Positions 39,399 through 53,205 of a stretch of 64,000 nt of DNA are shown piece after piece. The position numbers were made by a program, and so were the translations under genes. How positions within the stretch are numbered: the stretch's first letter is position 1; each line of letters opens with the position of its first letter. The notes beneath the pieces are model-generated. The model ran no database searches. It was not told where the DNA came from and saw only the letters and a list, made by a program, of their open reading frames with translations. The stretch comes from Octopus sinensis (Eukaryota). The stretch spans positions 170,872,001-170,936,000 of the forward strand of contig NC_042997.1 of the NCBI RefSeq assembly GCF_006345805.1. Direction: 5' to 3'.

Positions 39399-40061
39399 CT
39401 TGTGAAGACCTGTTGAGGCAAGTGAGAATCAAATCAAATCAAATCAAATCAAATCGAACCAAATCAAAATAGATGAACATCAATGGAATTTGTATCCTTG
39501 TGGTACCAGTGCCGGTGGCACATAAGAAACCCATCCGAGCGTGACTGTAGCCAGTACCGCAACAACTGGCCTCCGTGCTGAGGGCACGTAACAAACACCA
39601 TCCGAGCGTGGCCGTCCGCCAGCCTCGTCTGGCACCTGTGTCGGTGGCACATAAAAAACACCATCCGAGCGTGGCCGTTTGCCAGCCTCGTCTGGCACCT
39701 GTGTCGGTGGCACATAAAATCACCCACTACACTCTTGGAGTGGTTGGCGTTAGGAAGGGCATCCAGCTGTAGAAACACTGCCAGATCTGACTGACCTGGT
39801 GCAGCCTTCGGGCTTGCCAGACCCCAGTTGAACCGTCCAACCCATGCTAGCATGGAAAGCGGACGTTAAACGATGATGATGATGATGATACATACATATA
39901 TACGACAAGCTTCTTTCAGTTTCCATCTACCAAATCCACTCACAAGGCTTTAGTTGGCCTGAGGCTATAGCAGAAGACACTTGCCCAAGGTGCCATGCAG
40001 TGGGACCGAACCCGGAACCATGTGGTTGGTAAGCAAGCTACTTACCACACAGCCACTCCTG
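39162..40061 (-). mobile_element. SINE family A split by an RTE 3'UTR insertion (39399-39889, plus strand)
   Basis: The SINE halves (39162-~39360 and 39890-40061) are colinear with the consensus. The insert starts gaagacctgttgaggcaagtgag and ends ggacgttaaac(GAT)n. Confidence 0.85.
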
Positions 40062-40980
40062 TGGATTATTTTCCAATCTGATCGAAACCAAATCTTTTCT
40101 AAAATTTCCATCATAATATCTCTGCTGTAGGTGCTTTCATTCAACACCCACCACACAGTACTTCCTCACCAAGTATCACCTGTTTAAATTAAAACAGTTG
40201 AAACAGTGCAGACGTCTCGCTTGCACATGGATGCCAAATGCCTTTAATGCACAGTCATTTCCACAAGTCACTCGTACCCAGCCATGCTTGTAAGTGACTG
40301 GCTCACACTCAAATCATTATTTCCCAATCACTATGCATTTCCCCTCCGATCATGTTTCGCTGCCATAAAACTTCACACTTCTTAACACATCTCATATTAC
40401 CTGACTTTTCTGTGCAGATGGAAAACAAACCTGTTGGAATATTTTTTGTTCATGCCCGTAAATTGACAGTTTTCATGGCAGCAGCCGTAATACTATAAGA
40501 ACTTTTGAAATTTTGCGCATGTCAAGCAGCTTAGAAAGTGTAAATTTCTTCAGGATTACTCACTTTTAATACAACAAAACATGCTGAAATTGATCATTTA
40601 AGACATTTCTGCATGTGTGAAAAAGATAATCTTTCAGGTTTTTCCGTGTATGAAAATCGACAGCTTTCATGATCCCAGTCCTATTACTATTTCAAAACTT
40701 AAGCTAGTTTGTCAATAGTAACTTTTATCTTTTACTTGTGTCAGTCATTGGACTGCAGCCATGCTGGAGCACAACTTTGAAAGGTTTAGTTGAACAAATT
40801 GACCCCAGTACTTATTTTAAGTTTCTTTATCTGTTTTACTGAGAACATACGCAAATCAACGCTGGTTGCCAAGTGGTGGTGGCAGTGGTGGAGAAGAACA
40901 CAAGCATAAAGACACACAGACATGCCAATATACCTGAACTTTCATACAGTTTCTGTCTAACAAATTCACTCACAAACATT

Positions 40981-41165
40981 CATGATAGATCGTTAGCCAC
41001 TACACACATTTTTCTCTCTCCTTGTTTTTTCTGTGTCCCTTTCTGTAGAAGAGCGTAGGCTCGAAACGTAAAAGATTTTTTCTATTCCTGAGCGTTATAC
41101 TAATATATCTGTTTGTTTTGTACACCACCTGTCTTCGTCTTTTGTTTTTTTCGTAAACTCTCCCT
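40981..41165 (+). mobile_element. Hammerhead-bearing element family H2, copy 2, inserted in a decayed SINE A (40730-41250)
   Basis: Fold at 41039-41074: CTTT-CTGTAGAA-GAGC/GCTC-GAAA-CGT-A-AAAG. Confidence 0.7.
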
Positions 41166-41877
41166 GTAAGAGAAGATATTTGTTCAAGTTACTGCACAAT
41201 GGGACTGAACCCCAAACCATGTGAATGCTAACCAAGGTTCTTAACCACACAGCTATGCCTAAACTGTTGACTAAATTTCCTAAAATTTTTGTTTCTCTTT
41301 GGATGTTAGCCATGATTATATAGCCATAATCTCCAAGTTCCAGCTCTACATGTGCCACCTAAGTGACAAAAGAACAGAATTTACCATTCCACAATGCATA
41401 TATTATACATCAGTCTGTCAAATATCTTTCTACATTTCTTAGAACAACAATAGCAACACTAAATATCTTGGAAACCAAACAACAACAGCATTAGAAAAAA
41501 AAACAAAAAAACCCCTGAGATAATCCTCATTTTCATTTGCGTATTTAATTCATCAGAAGAATTAGACATACATAAGTAAGTAGGTAACAGATAAATAAAC
41601 AAAAAACAAAAACAAGATAATGATGGAATCTATTTGCAGGTGAGACACTGAAAATTGACATTCCAGTATTCTAATTCTACCACACAACACATATGCCAAC
41701 GAAAATAACAGATATGATCTGTAAGGAGAGAAAATATTCTCCAGTAAGAATTATATATATATATATATGGATCTTTTTTGTTTCCTAATATATTTCTTTT
41801 ATAAAGATGAGAGAGGCAAAAACAACAACAGAAAAATAATATCTAATCACAGAACAGCACGTTTGTATGCATGTATG

Positions 41878-41921
<44 letters not shown>

Positions 41922-43285
41922 TTAAGTTGAACTTGTATATATTTGAATGCCATATATATATGTTTATTAGTGTGTGTGTGGTACATATACATATACACAA
42001 ATAAAATATACAGTACTATGAAACAAAGTATTCAGAGAAAAATTGGTACGATGGTGTGTCGAGTATTATTTGCAGTATACAGGTGTGTTTGAGTGTGTGT
42101 ATTGAGCAATGAGAGCAGTCAAGCACAGAACAAAGTGCAGAGAAATCAGACTAAACAGATTGAAAAAGAAAAGTCAACGTTACACAAGACCCCCGAGAGA
42201 ACACGAACTTGTGTGGTGTACACGCATGCATTTATATGATTGAAGCAGCGACATGTTTTTGAGATTAAATTTGCAGTGTTGCAACCATGTTTAATGTATT
42301 TAACACACACGTGTATATATTTATATATATATATACACACACATATAAATATATATATTGCCCCCACTGACACTTTCCGTTAGGTTGCATCACTACACAC
42401 ACACACAATACACAATTGAAATAGAATATGGAGCAATAGAAATGTTTAACTGGATGAAAGAACAAGGAAGTCTTACAAAATATTTAATGCAACTTATATA
42501 TAAATATGTTTGATCTTAAATATATCAAGCATAAAATACTTTTGTCTTTAGCGGTTTGGCAAAAGAGACCGAGAGGATAAGTATCCGACTTAAAAAAAGA
42601 AGAAGAAAAAAATATATAAATACTAGGGTTGATTCATTCTTCAAGGCAGTGACCCAGCATGACTGTAGTTTATAGACTGAGACAAGTAAAAGATAAAGTT
42701 AGTATGATATACTGTCTGTTCTTTATCGACCAAGTCATCTTATAAGTCACTGCTGTATTAGTTAGAAATAGTAACCAAATTTCTATTGGAATCTGTAGTC
42801 CTAGATACAGTCAGAAAACAGGAATGAGCGATGATCACAGTCTGAACACCTTTAATTTTAGAATTTCTCATTCAGAGCTACCCTTAGACACAAACTAGGT
42901 CACATTTTTTGTTAGGTCACAACACAAAACATTAAGTGTTCTGAAGGTCTGAGTATTCTAGTAAGTAGTTTTAGAGTAGCAAATTAAAATCACAAACTAA
43001 TTTTTATTCTCAAGCTAAAATATATATATATAACTGTAGATGTTTTTATCTTATTTTATATTCATCGGTTTTCATGATAATGAGAAAGGTAGCAGTTTTA
43101 TCAGCATAAACAAAGTACTGTTCACAAAGATAAGTGGATTTAGTTTACACATACACACATATATACACCAAAATTTAAATTCATACAGAAGGTTTTATGT
43201 TTATAGGTAATAAATGAAATATTGCAATGTTTATTTGTCCACAATGGTGACCTAATTTCATCTTTTGTGAGTGTATATATATATG

Positions 43286-43672
43286 GTGGAAGCACTCTGT
43301 CGGTTACGACGATGAGCGTTCCGGTTGATCCGAATCAACGGAACAGCCTGCTCGTGAAATTAACGTGTAAGTGGCTGAGCACTTCACAGACACGTGCACC
43401 CTTAACTTAGTTCTCGGGGATATTCAGCGTGACACAGGGAGTGACAAGGCTGGCCCCTTGAAATACAGGTACAACAGAAACAGGAAGTAAGAGTGAGAGA
43501 AAGTTGTGGTGAAAGAGTACAGCAGGGATCACCACCACCCCCTGCCGGAGCCTTGTGGAGCTTTTAGGTGTTTTCGCTCAATAAACACTCACAACGCCCG
43601 GTCTGGGAATCGAAACCGCGATCCTATGACCGCGAGTCCGCTGCCCTAACCACTGGGCCATTGCGCCTCCAC
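43286..43672 (-). mobile_element. Full-length tRNA-headed SINE family D
   Basis: Minus-strand head GGAGGCGCAATGGCCCAGTGGTTAGGGCAGCGG...GGTTTCGATTCCC with A- and B-box-like motifs. CpG-rich, flanked by (TA)n. Confidence 0.85.
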
Positions 43673-46600
43673 TATATATATATATATGTATAATAAGCAG
43701 AAAAGTGGTATGATATTCAAAGCTTTATAGCACATACACGTGTTTCAACAACATGGCAAAATAATTACATAGCATTATGCAATTTGTATTGCACCTCATC
43801 AATGTCTCACCACACTTGGCCTGCATTTTCCACTCTAGCCTATCTCGAGTCTGATGCCCCACATCATACTACACTGGATACTGGAATGGAGTACAGAACC
43901 CAATGAAGAGTTCAATTTTAGTTGCATGTTTTTTGGATATATGTGTGTGTATATTGTTTGGAGGGTGGGACGGTGTGGATAATGAGCTGTTGCATTATCT
44001 TTAGGATACCAATGTAGTGATTTAGAGGATTGTACTCTGTAATAGCTTTAATCTTTAGACCAATGGTGTGGCTTGAGCTTAACAATGTAAGCTAATGAAA
44101 TATTTGTCAACAATACATTAAGAGTCTTGCAAAGAAAAGTGACCTCTACCCTAATTCTGAAATATGTTAAAGACACAAGAAATGACCAATGACAGCTATG
44201 AATCAATAAATCCTTTGGTCAGTAATCCAAACCCTTTTTTTCTCTTAGCCCTTTCTACCACAAACAATACCCCATTGGAATTCCCTTACCAGCAATGCTT
44301 TTTTCCTATTGAAACCAACTGAAAGATATTCCAGTGATTGCAATAAATAGTGTAAAGGATTAAAAGTAGTTCATGTACAGTTAATAGACAGGCCATTTAA
44401 CAAGGGAAAAATATCTAAATTAGAAAGTAAATGAAAAAAAAAAAAAAAGAAGAAAGCTACACACTTTACAAATCTCAATTGTGGAGGAATTGCTTTAAGC
44501 TGATAACAAACTTAAGCCAGTTTCTTCCTAATTGTTCTTAATATGTTTTTTTCCACTTAAACAGTGATTCATTTATTATCAGATAAAAGCGGGTATGGAC
44601 AGATAATCTGACAAATTAGCAGAGTCCTGTTTACCAAAAAATATTAAATTCCATTTAACATGCATCATAGTGAGTCAGTAATGGAAACCAAGTTTTTTAC
44701 ATCGAGTGACAGGCTCTTCTGCAGTTAATTTAAGAATGACTAACTTTAACTACAAGGTCAAACACAGAGTTGAAAGATAGTACATGTGCATGAGTGCAGG
44801 TTTTATAAAGATGATTAATTTACATTACTCAACTGAAATCTACTAAAGAATTATAAGAGTTCTACTATAAATTTTACAATTATAAGTTCTAAGGATAAGA
44901 ATTTTATTAACCTCATATATACATATATTCTTTTCATATTAACAACATTCATGTAAACACATTCATACAAACTTTTTCCCCACGTAATTTCAGTCAGTGG
45001 AGTGTGGTGACTTCACAGAGGGATTGCTTTCAATGATACAACTTAGTTACACCTACTCCAACATTTGATGAATACTTATACTAATACCAAAAATCAAAGT
45101 TGACTTAAACAGGATTTGAACTCAGAATGTAAAAGGACAAAACTAAATATTGCAAGATATTTAATCCAGCACTTAGCCAATTCTGCCATTTTCCGATCTT
45201 ACATTTTAGCTCTTAACATTCTTGTATAGCATAAATCTATCTGACAGCACATGTCAGTCAGTCCTATACAACCTGAAATTATATGAATCAAAACACCATT
45301 GGGGCTTACATTTGTTTTAAAGCCAGTCACCAACTTTCTAATCTAAGGAAGAAAACTTTAATCTCTTCCTCTTCTACCACTTATTTACATTCTGTAACAC
45401 TCACTATTAAAATCAATTCATATTTTGGATTTTTCCAATATATTCAAGAAATTTTTTTTAAATCAAAACTTTGGTATGTTACTTCTGAAAGGAGTAAATA
45501 ACAGATTATCTGGAAATTTCATAATGCAAAAGGTGCCAAAAAAGATGTTTGCTGAGTTTGCTTGCCTCTGTTATTAATTACAATTAATTGATTGCTAACA
45601 CCTCTTTCCATAGACATTTTTTGAGCATTTTTGATACGAGATATACTCTAAAGTATACAGTTTGGTTCTTTACCTTCTGTGCTATTCTAATTTGCTTCAA
45701 CTTGATTATTGTGAAGTAATACAATAAAAGGAAGCAGTTCCTTCAGCCTTAAGTAAAAAAAATCCCACCAGAAAGGACACTAGTCTCACAAACAATGACA
45801 CAATAAAGAGTACAATTTGCAGGGCAATGTTTTAGGGAAAAAGTTAAACTGAAATTCATATTAGTCCTTTGGAGAGCGCAACCTGTTAGTGAGTGAAAGT
45901 TACAAGATATTCTAACCAGATTTCACTGCCAGAGATTCAGGATGAGGCCTGTCTTAGTTGGAGTTAGCAAATGACGGTGACTTGTATATTACAGGTAAAT
46001 TTCTCAGGCAGGAACTGTAATTATTCTTTTGATAGCTAGGTCAAGTAAAGCCAAAAGAACCATGCCTTGGACATATACACAAACAAACCCAAACCCAAAG
46101 AAATCAAGGATAGTTTTGAAAATACTATTTATATTCTAATAACAGGAATGTTTGGTATGAGAGAAAGCGCAATGCAGGCAAAGTGCAATGCCCAGTTCAA
46201 AACCATCATCTGACCCTTTGGGTGCTTTTAGCAGCATCCACTTTGTTGCAAAGTGTGGGGATACCTTCTTCCCTTCCAACCAGTCTCAGAAGCCTTGTAA
46301 AGGGTCATAGGCATCACCTTTTCTCCTGACTATAAGATAAAAAAAAAAAAGAAGAAGAAAAAACCTTGAAAGAGAAAGAAGAAACAAATATATAAATGAA
46401 AGCTACCTCTGCAAGGAGACTCAACTGGCTAGAAGTAGCAACTAAACCTACCCCTCAAAATATGTTATCAACTAAAAAAAAAAAGGCACATTACATAATA
46501 TAGTCTTAGATATATTATGGCTGGAAATTAAAAAAATCAAGTGGGATAGTCATGACTAGACTGTTTAAAATCACATGCCTGCCCAAAGGCTAAACACCAC

Positions 46601-47096
46601 CACCAGACTAAGCTATGTTACTGATGCTATTTCATTGACAATCCTGCAACACTTTAACTGCATCAATATGTCAGTAGTAACAACAGAAATTTTTAGCTAA
46701 TGACTCAGCTGACAAGACAAGCAATGCAAATATCAGATTGAATCAACAATTCAGGTTCTGCCTTGTAAATTGGCCACAAAAGTGGCTGTTGAAAGACCAG
46801 ACAGACAAACTCCTCAGATGTCAGTAGGCTTTGTTTCATTATTAAACTGCTTTAGCATATTTTCACTTCTTTTGCATAAATCTTAGAAGATTGGAATCTC
46901 TTCTCATATTGATCTGAGGATATACTGGAATTATATAAACCCACATCTTCTCCATCAACGTCAATCATCTATCAACACCTGTTTTAAATTGTCATGGGTT
47001 GAATAGGTTTGCAGTTCATTGTATCACCTTACTCATTGTATTTTGTCTCCAAGTGTCAATTATAAATAAATAAATCAAATTAAAAAAAAAAATGTT

Positions 47097-47230
47097 TAAC
47101 CTCAAGTCAGCTCTAATCAAGCAGATCTATGATCGAAGGCATTCTAACTGTGACCATGCAGGCCTCTCTCCTTTGGTGCACGATTTGAAGGAGATTTGGC
47201 AGCTGTTTCTAGTAAAATCAAATAATTGTA
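47097..47230 (+). repeat. Representative copy of an old, abundant dispersed repeat (family F)
   Basis: Motif gacctatgatcaaaggcattccagctgtgaccat...gatttggctgctatttctagca recurs in decayed form near 690, 3990, 4640, 7260, 22200, 25620, 35500, 36915, 42730, 46420 and 55390. Confidence 0.65.
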
Positions 47231-47734
47231 TTAAAGCTCTCCAGTTGCCTTGTTCAGAAAGAAGAGAGTAGGGTCATATAACTGAATGGATTTGGTTTTT
47301 GAATATCAACATGTTTTGAATTTCCCCAGCTATCATGGACTGTACATTCACTGCCACAAGTATCCGTTGAGAGGTGGTAGAGTAACAGATAAACTGACAT
47401 GTGATATTATTGTTTTCAGTTCAGATTCAGCTGAGATCAACCTTTCTCTTTGTTGATAAGAGAACAACAAGCGAAGTATTAGAATCAATTAAATTAACTG
47501 CACCCTTCACACAAATAAAATTTGGAGTTTTGAACCAATTTAATTGAAGATGACAATGGCAACAACAACAACAGTGAGATGAAGTGGTAGAATACCAAAC
47601 TAAAGAGACTTAAGAGCATTTGGTTTTTTAAAAATTTTTGTGTAGAACTCTTCTTTTTGTTGATTGATATCTTGCAACTATTGATTAATAGAATAAGCAC
47701 AAATCAAGTACTGGGCTTGATTAGATTATGGCAA

Positions 47735-49180
47735 TAATAATGGTTGTTTCAAATTTTGGCAGAGGGCCAGCAGTTTTTAAGGGGAGGAGTGAAGTTGATT
47801 ATACCGACCCCAGTACTTAACTGGTACTTATTTTATCAACCCTGAAAGGATGAAAGTCAAAGTTGACTGCGGCAGAATTTGAATGCAGAACATAAAGACG
47901 GTTGAAATACTGTTAAGCATTTTGGCTGGTAAGCTAAAACAGTCCTGCCAGTTTGCTACCTTAATTATGCAAACAACAACAACAACAACAATCCTTTCTA
48001 CTAAAGGTACAAGGCCTGAAATTTTTGGGGAGGGGACTAGTCGATTACATCAACCCCAGTTTTCAACTGGTACTTATTTTATCAACCCCAAAAGGATGAA
48101 TGGTAAAGTCAACCTCAGCGGAATTTGAACTCAGAATGTGGTGACGGGCGAAATACCACCAAACATTTTGTCTCACGGGTTAACGATTCAGCCAGCTCAC
48201 TACCTCATTAATAATAATAATAATAATCCTTTCTACTGTAGGCACAAGGCCTGGAATTTTAGGGGAGGGGATAGTCAATTACATTGACCCCATGTGTAAC
48301 TGGTACTGATTTCCTCAACCCTGAAATGATGAAAGGCAAATGATGAAACCTCAGCTGAATTTGAACTTAGAACGTAGTGGCATTTCACCCAGTATGCTAG
48401 CGATTCTGCCAGCTCGCCACCTTTTTAATAATAATAGTAATAATAATAATGTATCAAGATGGTGGCTTTCATGACTTCTGATCATGACTGATTGGAAGTG
48501 TTATCATGTACATGTTTTGTCTTGATATAAAAGATGGGCTACAACAAATATTCTGCTCAATACCACAAAATTGCTTGTCAGTTGTTTGACTTTAATTAGT
48601 TGAGCATGTCCCTAGGTGGATGACAATATGCACATCTCTGATCACGAGCAGAAGTAGTGGGGTGCATCATAGCCATGTGTTAAGAAGAATTCTTTGGGGT
48701 TTGAATAATTAACTCCTGGAAACATGAGTGCTTTGTTCATCATCCTTAAACAAACCTTATTCAAGTAGGGTGGGCTACTCAACCTGAAGAATATTCTAAC
48801 TGTGCCCCATATCTTGGTATGAGATCACCATGTCGCACACATGGTTGCGATGTATATGGCTGGTGTACCTTTATCAGATGGGTAGTCATAATGGGTATAC
48901 TGGGATTTATATATTTGTACCGTAGTGTCACTTTGATGGCATACATTGCTCTCTCAATAAAAATAATGATTTCAAATTTTGGCACAAGGCCAGCAATTTA
49001 AAGAGAGGGATAAATTGATTACATTGAGCCTAGTGTTCAACTGGTACCTATTTTATCGACTCTGAAAGGATGAAAGGCATAATCAATCTTGGTGGAATCT
49101 GAGTTCAGAATGTGAGATGGACAAAATACCACTAAGCATTTTACCCAGCATGCTAATGATTCTGCCAGCTCACCACCTTA
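47735..49180 (-). mobile_element. Stack of same-orientation (ATT)n-tailed SINE-B variants with an intervening family E element
   Basis: Four SINE units at about 47735-47965, 47975-48210, 48215-48420 and 48965-49180, separated by (TAA)n or (CAA)n. Confidence 0.8.
48451..48968 (+). mobile_element. Family E, a (TAA)n-flanked dispersed repeat (second copy 52228-52663)
   Basis: The two copies are colinear over ~430 bp. Both are preceded and followed by (TAA)n. Confidence 0.75.
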
Positions 49181-51970
49181 ATAATAATAATAATAATGAT
49201 GATGGTGATGATGAGTCAGTCACTCACATTAATTTCGATGGGAGTGACCACCATCATCATCATCATTATTTCACATTTCTGGTAATATTTCAATATTTTT
49301 ATATTTTACTTTTGTGACTGCTGCCAACTAAATCGTATGAGGCAAACTTCACACAAAATGTTTCTTTATCCTCAACCCCCACCTCTCTCTCTCTAAACCC
49401 AGAAGAAGTGTTTACTTCAAAGATGTCTCATAAAACAATTTGTTTTCATAAACAAGGAATAAAAATAATGCTTCTACTAAGTTTAACAAAACACCAAAGT
49501 GTTATATGTTCCTTGAAATCTGTGACTAGCTAATGCTACTGACTTGAATGTTGTCTTACAAATTCTACTTTTGAAAAAAAAAAAAAAAAAAAGACGGAGG
49601 AAAAACATTTTCAAGAGATTTTTTCCAAATGTGTGTATATGTATTTCAAAACTACCTCTATTGTATAGATGGCCTATTTCATAGTTAAAATAATGGCATA
49701 ACAGCACTGACAATAGAAGATAGAGAACATGTAAGTGAATATGTTAAATATTCCTATGTCAAAGTTATGAAGATTTTGCTATTATATTTTTGGCATTATT
49801 TATGTAAACTGGTTGTCAATTTCCGGTAATCTCAGAGAATGAGCAGTAGACATCCAATACAAGTATTTTTATCAGAAGTCACAGATGCACACACAAGCAA
49901 TCTATGTAAATGTAGCAGAGTTAATTAACTTCAAATACACTGCAGTTTGAATTAAAATAGGGAAGCAATGCAACATATGAACAGTAAAGAGAAAGGAAGG
50001 GAGGGAAGAGAGGAAAAGAGGAAAAGGGAAACAGAGATAGAGAAATAGATAACACGGCAGTATATCAAGTTACCAAAACCAATTTGAAGATGAAGTCTAA
50101 TGATAGCTTAATATAAAAATATTCCCAGTATATAAAATCCTACTGTCCTTTATTTTCTATTCATGATCACAGATGAATAAAGTCAATAGATTAAATATCT
50201 AGAAAGAAAGGAATATATTGTCATCATTATCTTCATCATCATTATGATTGATGGAATCACAGAAATAGTACAAAATTGAACTAAAGCATTACAATATTTA
50301 GTTTGTTTTTTTTTCCTTCCTACTACCTACACTCTGTTTTTAGTTGAAATACTACTGACAAGATTGACTTTTCTTTTCAAATTTTCCAGGATCATAGAAA
50401 TGTGTAGTCTTGTGCCATGGTAATTAATTATGATGCTTTACATTCCAAATGTAAATGTTATTAAGGTCAAATCCAAGACTGATACCAGTCATATATTTGT
50501 GTCAATTTAATCAACTACGCCCACTTGTGAAATCTTTACCCTTGTGCCTCGATTAGGAACCACAACTATGTACTTATCAGAGGATTTTGGCCCACATGGG
50601 ACTAGATTCTGTGCTATTCTTCATTTGTATAAGATGATAATCTACCACCTGTTTATTATGCTAAAACATTTTTGAACAGATTAGGTGTTCTGTTAAATCA
50701 TATCAAAACCAAAGATTCTGACATATGAATTACATTCAACCAGCTAACAAACAAAATTTATTTATAAATTAAATTAATAATTTATTAATTTATCAAGCAC
50801 TATATTATTTTACTTGCCAAGTTCCAATTCAATGGAATGTTTTCAGGTACCATTCCTAACATTCATTGGCACATGCCAAAAATTTTGGAGAACAGGAAGG
50901 AATGATTACAGTGATTTCAAATTTTGGCACAAGGCCAACAATTTTGGGAGAGGGATAAGCTGATTACATCAACCCAAGTGTTTAACTGGTACTTATTTTA
51001 TCAACCCTGAAAGGATGAATGGCTAAGTCAATCTTGGTGGAAACAGAAAGGAATAATTATATTGACGTTAGTACTTGACTGATATTTTATTTCATTAAAC
51101 ATGAAGAAAGACACCCGTGCCAGTGCTGAGTAAAAGTACACAATACAATATATACAGTGGTTGGCATTAGAAAGGGTATCCAGCCATAGAGACCATGACA
51201 AAACAGACATGGAGCCTGAAAAGCCCTTCAGCTGGTCAGCTCCTATCAAATCGTTCAGTCCATGCCAGCATGGAAAATGGGGATTAAATGATGATGATGG
51301 TGATGAGGGATAGAAGGCAAAGTTTACTTCTGTGAGTTGGAACTAATACTACAAAACATTTCACCTGAAACTCTAATGATTCTGCTAATTCACTTGCCCT
51401 TAATTCTAAACAGAGGTTTAACGCTAAAATTAGGAAGAGGGCAGTCAATCATATCAACCCCAGTACTTGATAGGTAGTTCGTTTTCTTGATTTTAAAGGA
51501 ATGAAAGGCAAAGTCTGAACTCAACAGATTTTGAACTCAGGGTGTAAACAGTTGGAACAAGTACAAGACAGTCTGGCAGACAGCCAAACCTTTTGAAGAA
51601 TGAGTACGGTTGATTATATCAAATTCAGTGCTTTACTAAAAGCAAGATGAAAGGCAAAGCTGACCCGAGCGGGGACTGAACTCAGAATGCAATACTTATA
51701 TACTACAAGGCATTTTATCTACGCCTCTACTCACTCTCCCATCCACCACTTGGTAATAAATACCATAGAGACAAAACCACCAATCTTTTTCTGTATATGT
51801 CTACGTGGGGAATTGTTGACTACATTAACTGGTATTTTTTTTTATCTAACCCAGACGAAGAAGAAAAGACAAAATTAACCATAGCAGGATTTGAATTGAG
51901 AAGCAAAAGTAATGTAATTAAAAATTGCAGCCAATTCCTTCATTCACTAATAAGAATAAAAATAATAATA

Positions 51971-52027
<57 letters not shown>

Positions 52028-53205
52028 GTCTGGAGACTTTAGAAATACCCTACAATGTTGGTGTATAGCAAAAACCGGCATTACTTGGAACTGCATGCAT
52101 ACTGTGTAAAGTACTGTCTGCCTGAGGTCCTTGTTGTGACTTGACAGACAAGTACACTCAGTATCTTCATTCTACAATATCACAATATTGGAAGCTGTGA
52201 AATGTCTTCAATAATTATAATAATAATATTTGCTTGTCAGTTGTTTGACCATAACCAGACGAGCATGTCCTTTGGTAGCTGATGATATATACATTGATCA
52301 CAAGCAGAAGAAGTTGGGGAGCATCATAGCCATGTGTTGAGAGGAATTCTTTGGAGTTTGAATAATTCACCTCTGGAAACATGAGTGTTTTGTTCAACAT
52401 CCTTAAACAACCTTTATTCAAGGACCATTTGAGCAGAATGGGCTACTTGACCTGAAGAAAATTTTTATTGGGCCCCACCTGTAAGGTCATGCGCTGTTTA
52501 TCTGGATATGAAATCACCATGTCGCACACACGTGGTTATGATGCATGTGCCTGGTGTACCCTTATCAGACGGGTAGTCATGATGGGTGTACTGGGCTTTG
52601 TATATTTTACCCCAGTGTCACTTTGATGGCATGCACTGCTTTCTCACTCAATGATAATAATAATGGTTTCAAATTTCAGTAGAAGGCCAACAGTTTTAGA
52701 GAGTAGGTGTTAGTCAATTATATTGATCCAAATGCTCAACTGGTATTTATTTTATCAATCTGAAAAGGATAGACAGCAAAGTCAACCTAGGTGGGATTTG
52801 AACTCAGAATGCGAAGAACCTGAAGAAGTAATAATAACAATTTTTTCTACTAAAGGCACAAAACCAGAAATTATAAAGGGTGTGGGTAAACTGATTACAT
52901 TGATTCCAGTGGTTATCTGGTACTTAATTTGTCAACCCCAAAAGGATGTAAGGCAAAGCTGACCTCAGCAGGATTTAAGCTCAGAATGTAAAGAGTCAGA
53001 AGAAATGCCACCAAGCATTTCTTTTTCTGGTGTGCAAATGATTCTGCTAGCTCACTGCTTTAATGATTGTCACTCCTGTTGAATAGGACATATGAGTGTT
53101 TGAAGGAAAGAAAAGAATAAAAGAAAAAAAGATTAAAAAGTAATAGTGCTGCAGAATGTAATTTGAGTTCAGGTATGGAGTTTGCTATGAAGTCACAATG
53201 GGGGC

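Noticed and set aside
39531-39720. Direct repeats of ~63 bp, superficially CRISPR-like
   Set aside because: The units are contiguous with no unique spacers, lie within a eukaryotic RTE 3'UTR, and have no cas genes.
43560-43672. tRNA-like sequence with A and B boxes
   Set aside because: It is a SINE head with no complete acceptor stem, continuing into a SINE body.
46200-46240. Minus-strand ...DAAK-AG as a candidate UBE2E N-terminal exon (SAK|R)
   Set aside because: It is not followed by a GT donor and has no STSAK match. The start exon was not identified in the window.
46740-47030. Protein-like minus-strand relic
   Set aside because: It has many stops and no recognisable motif, so it could not be assigned.
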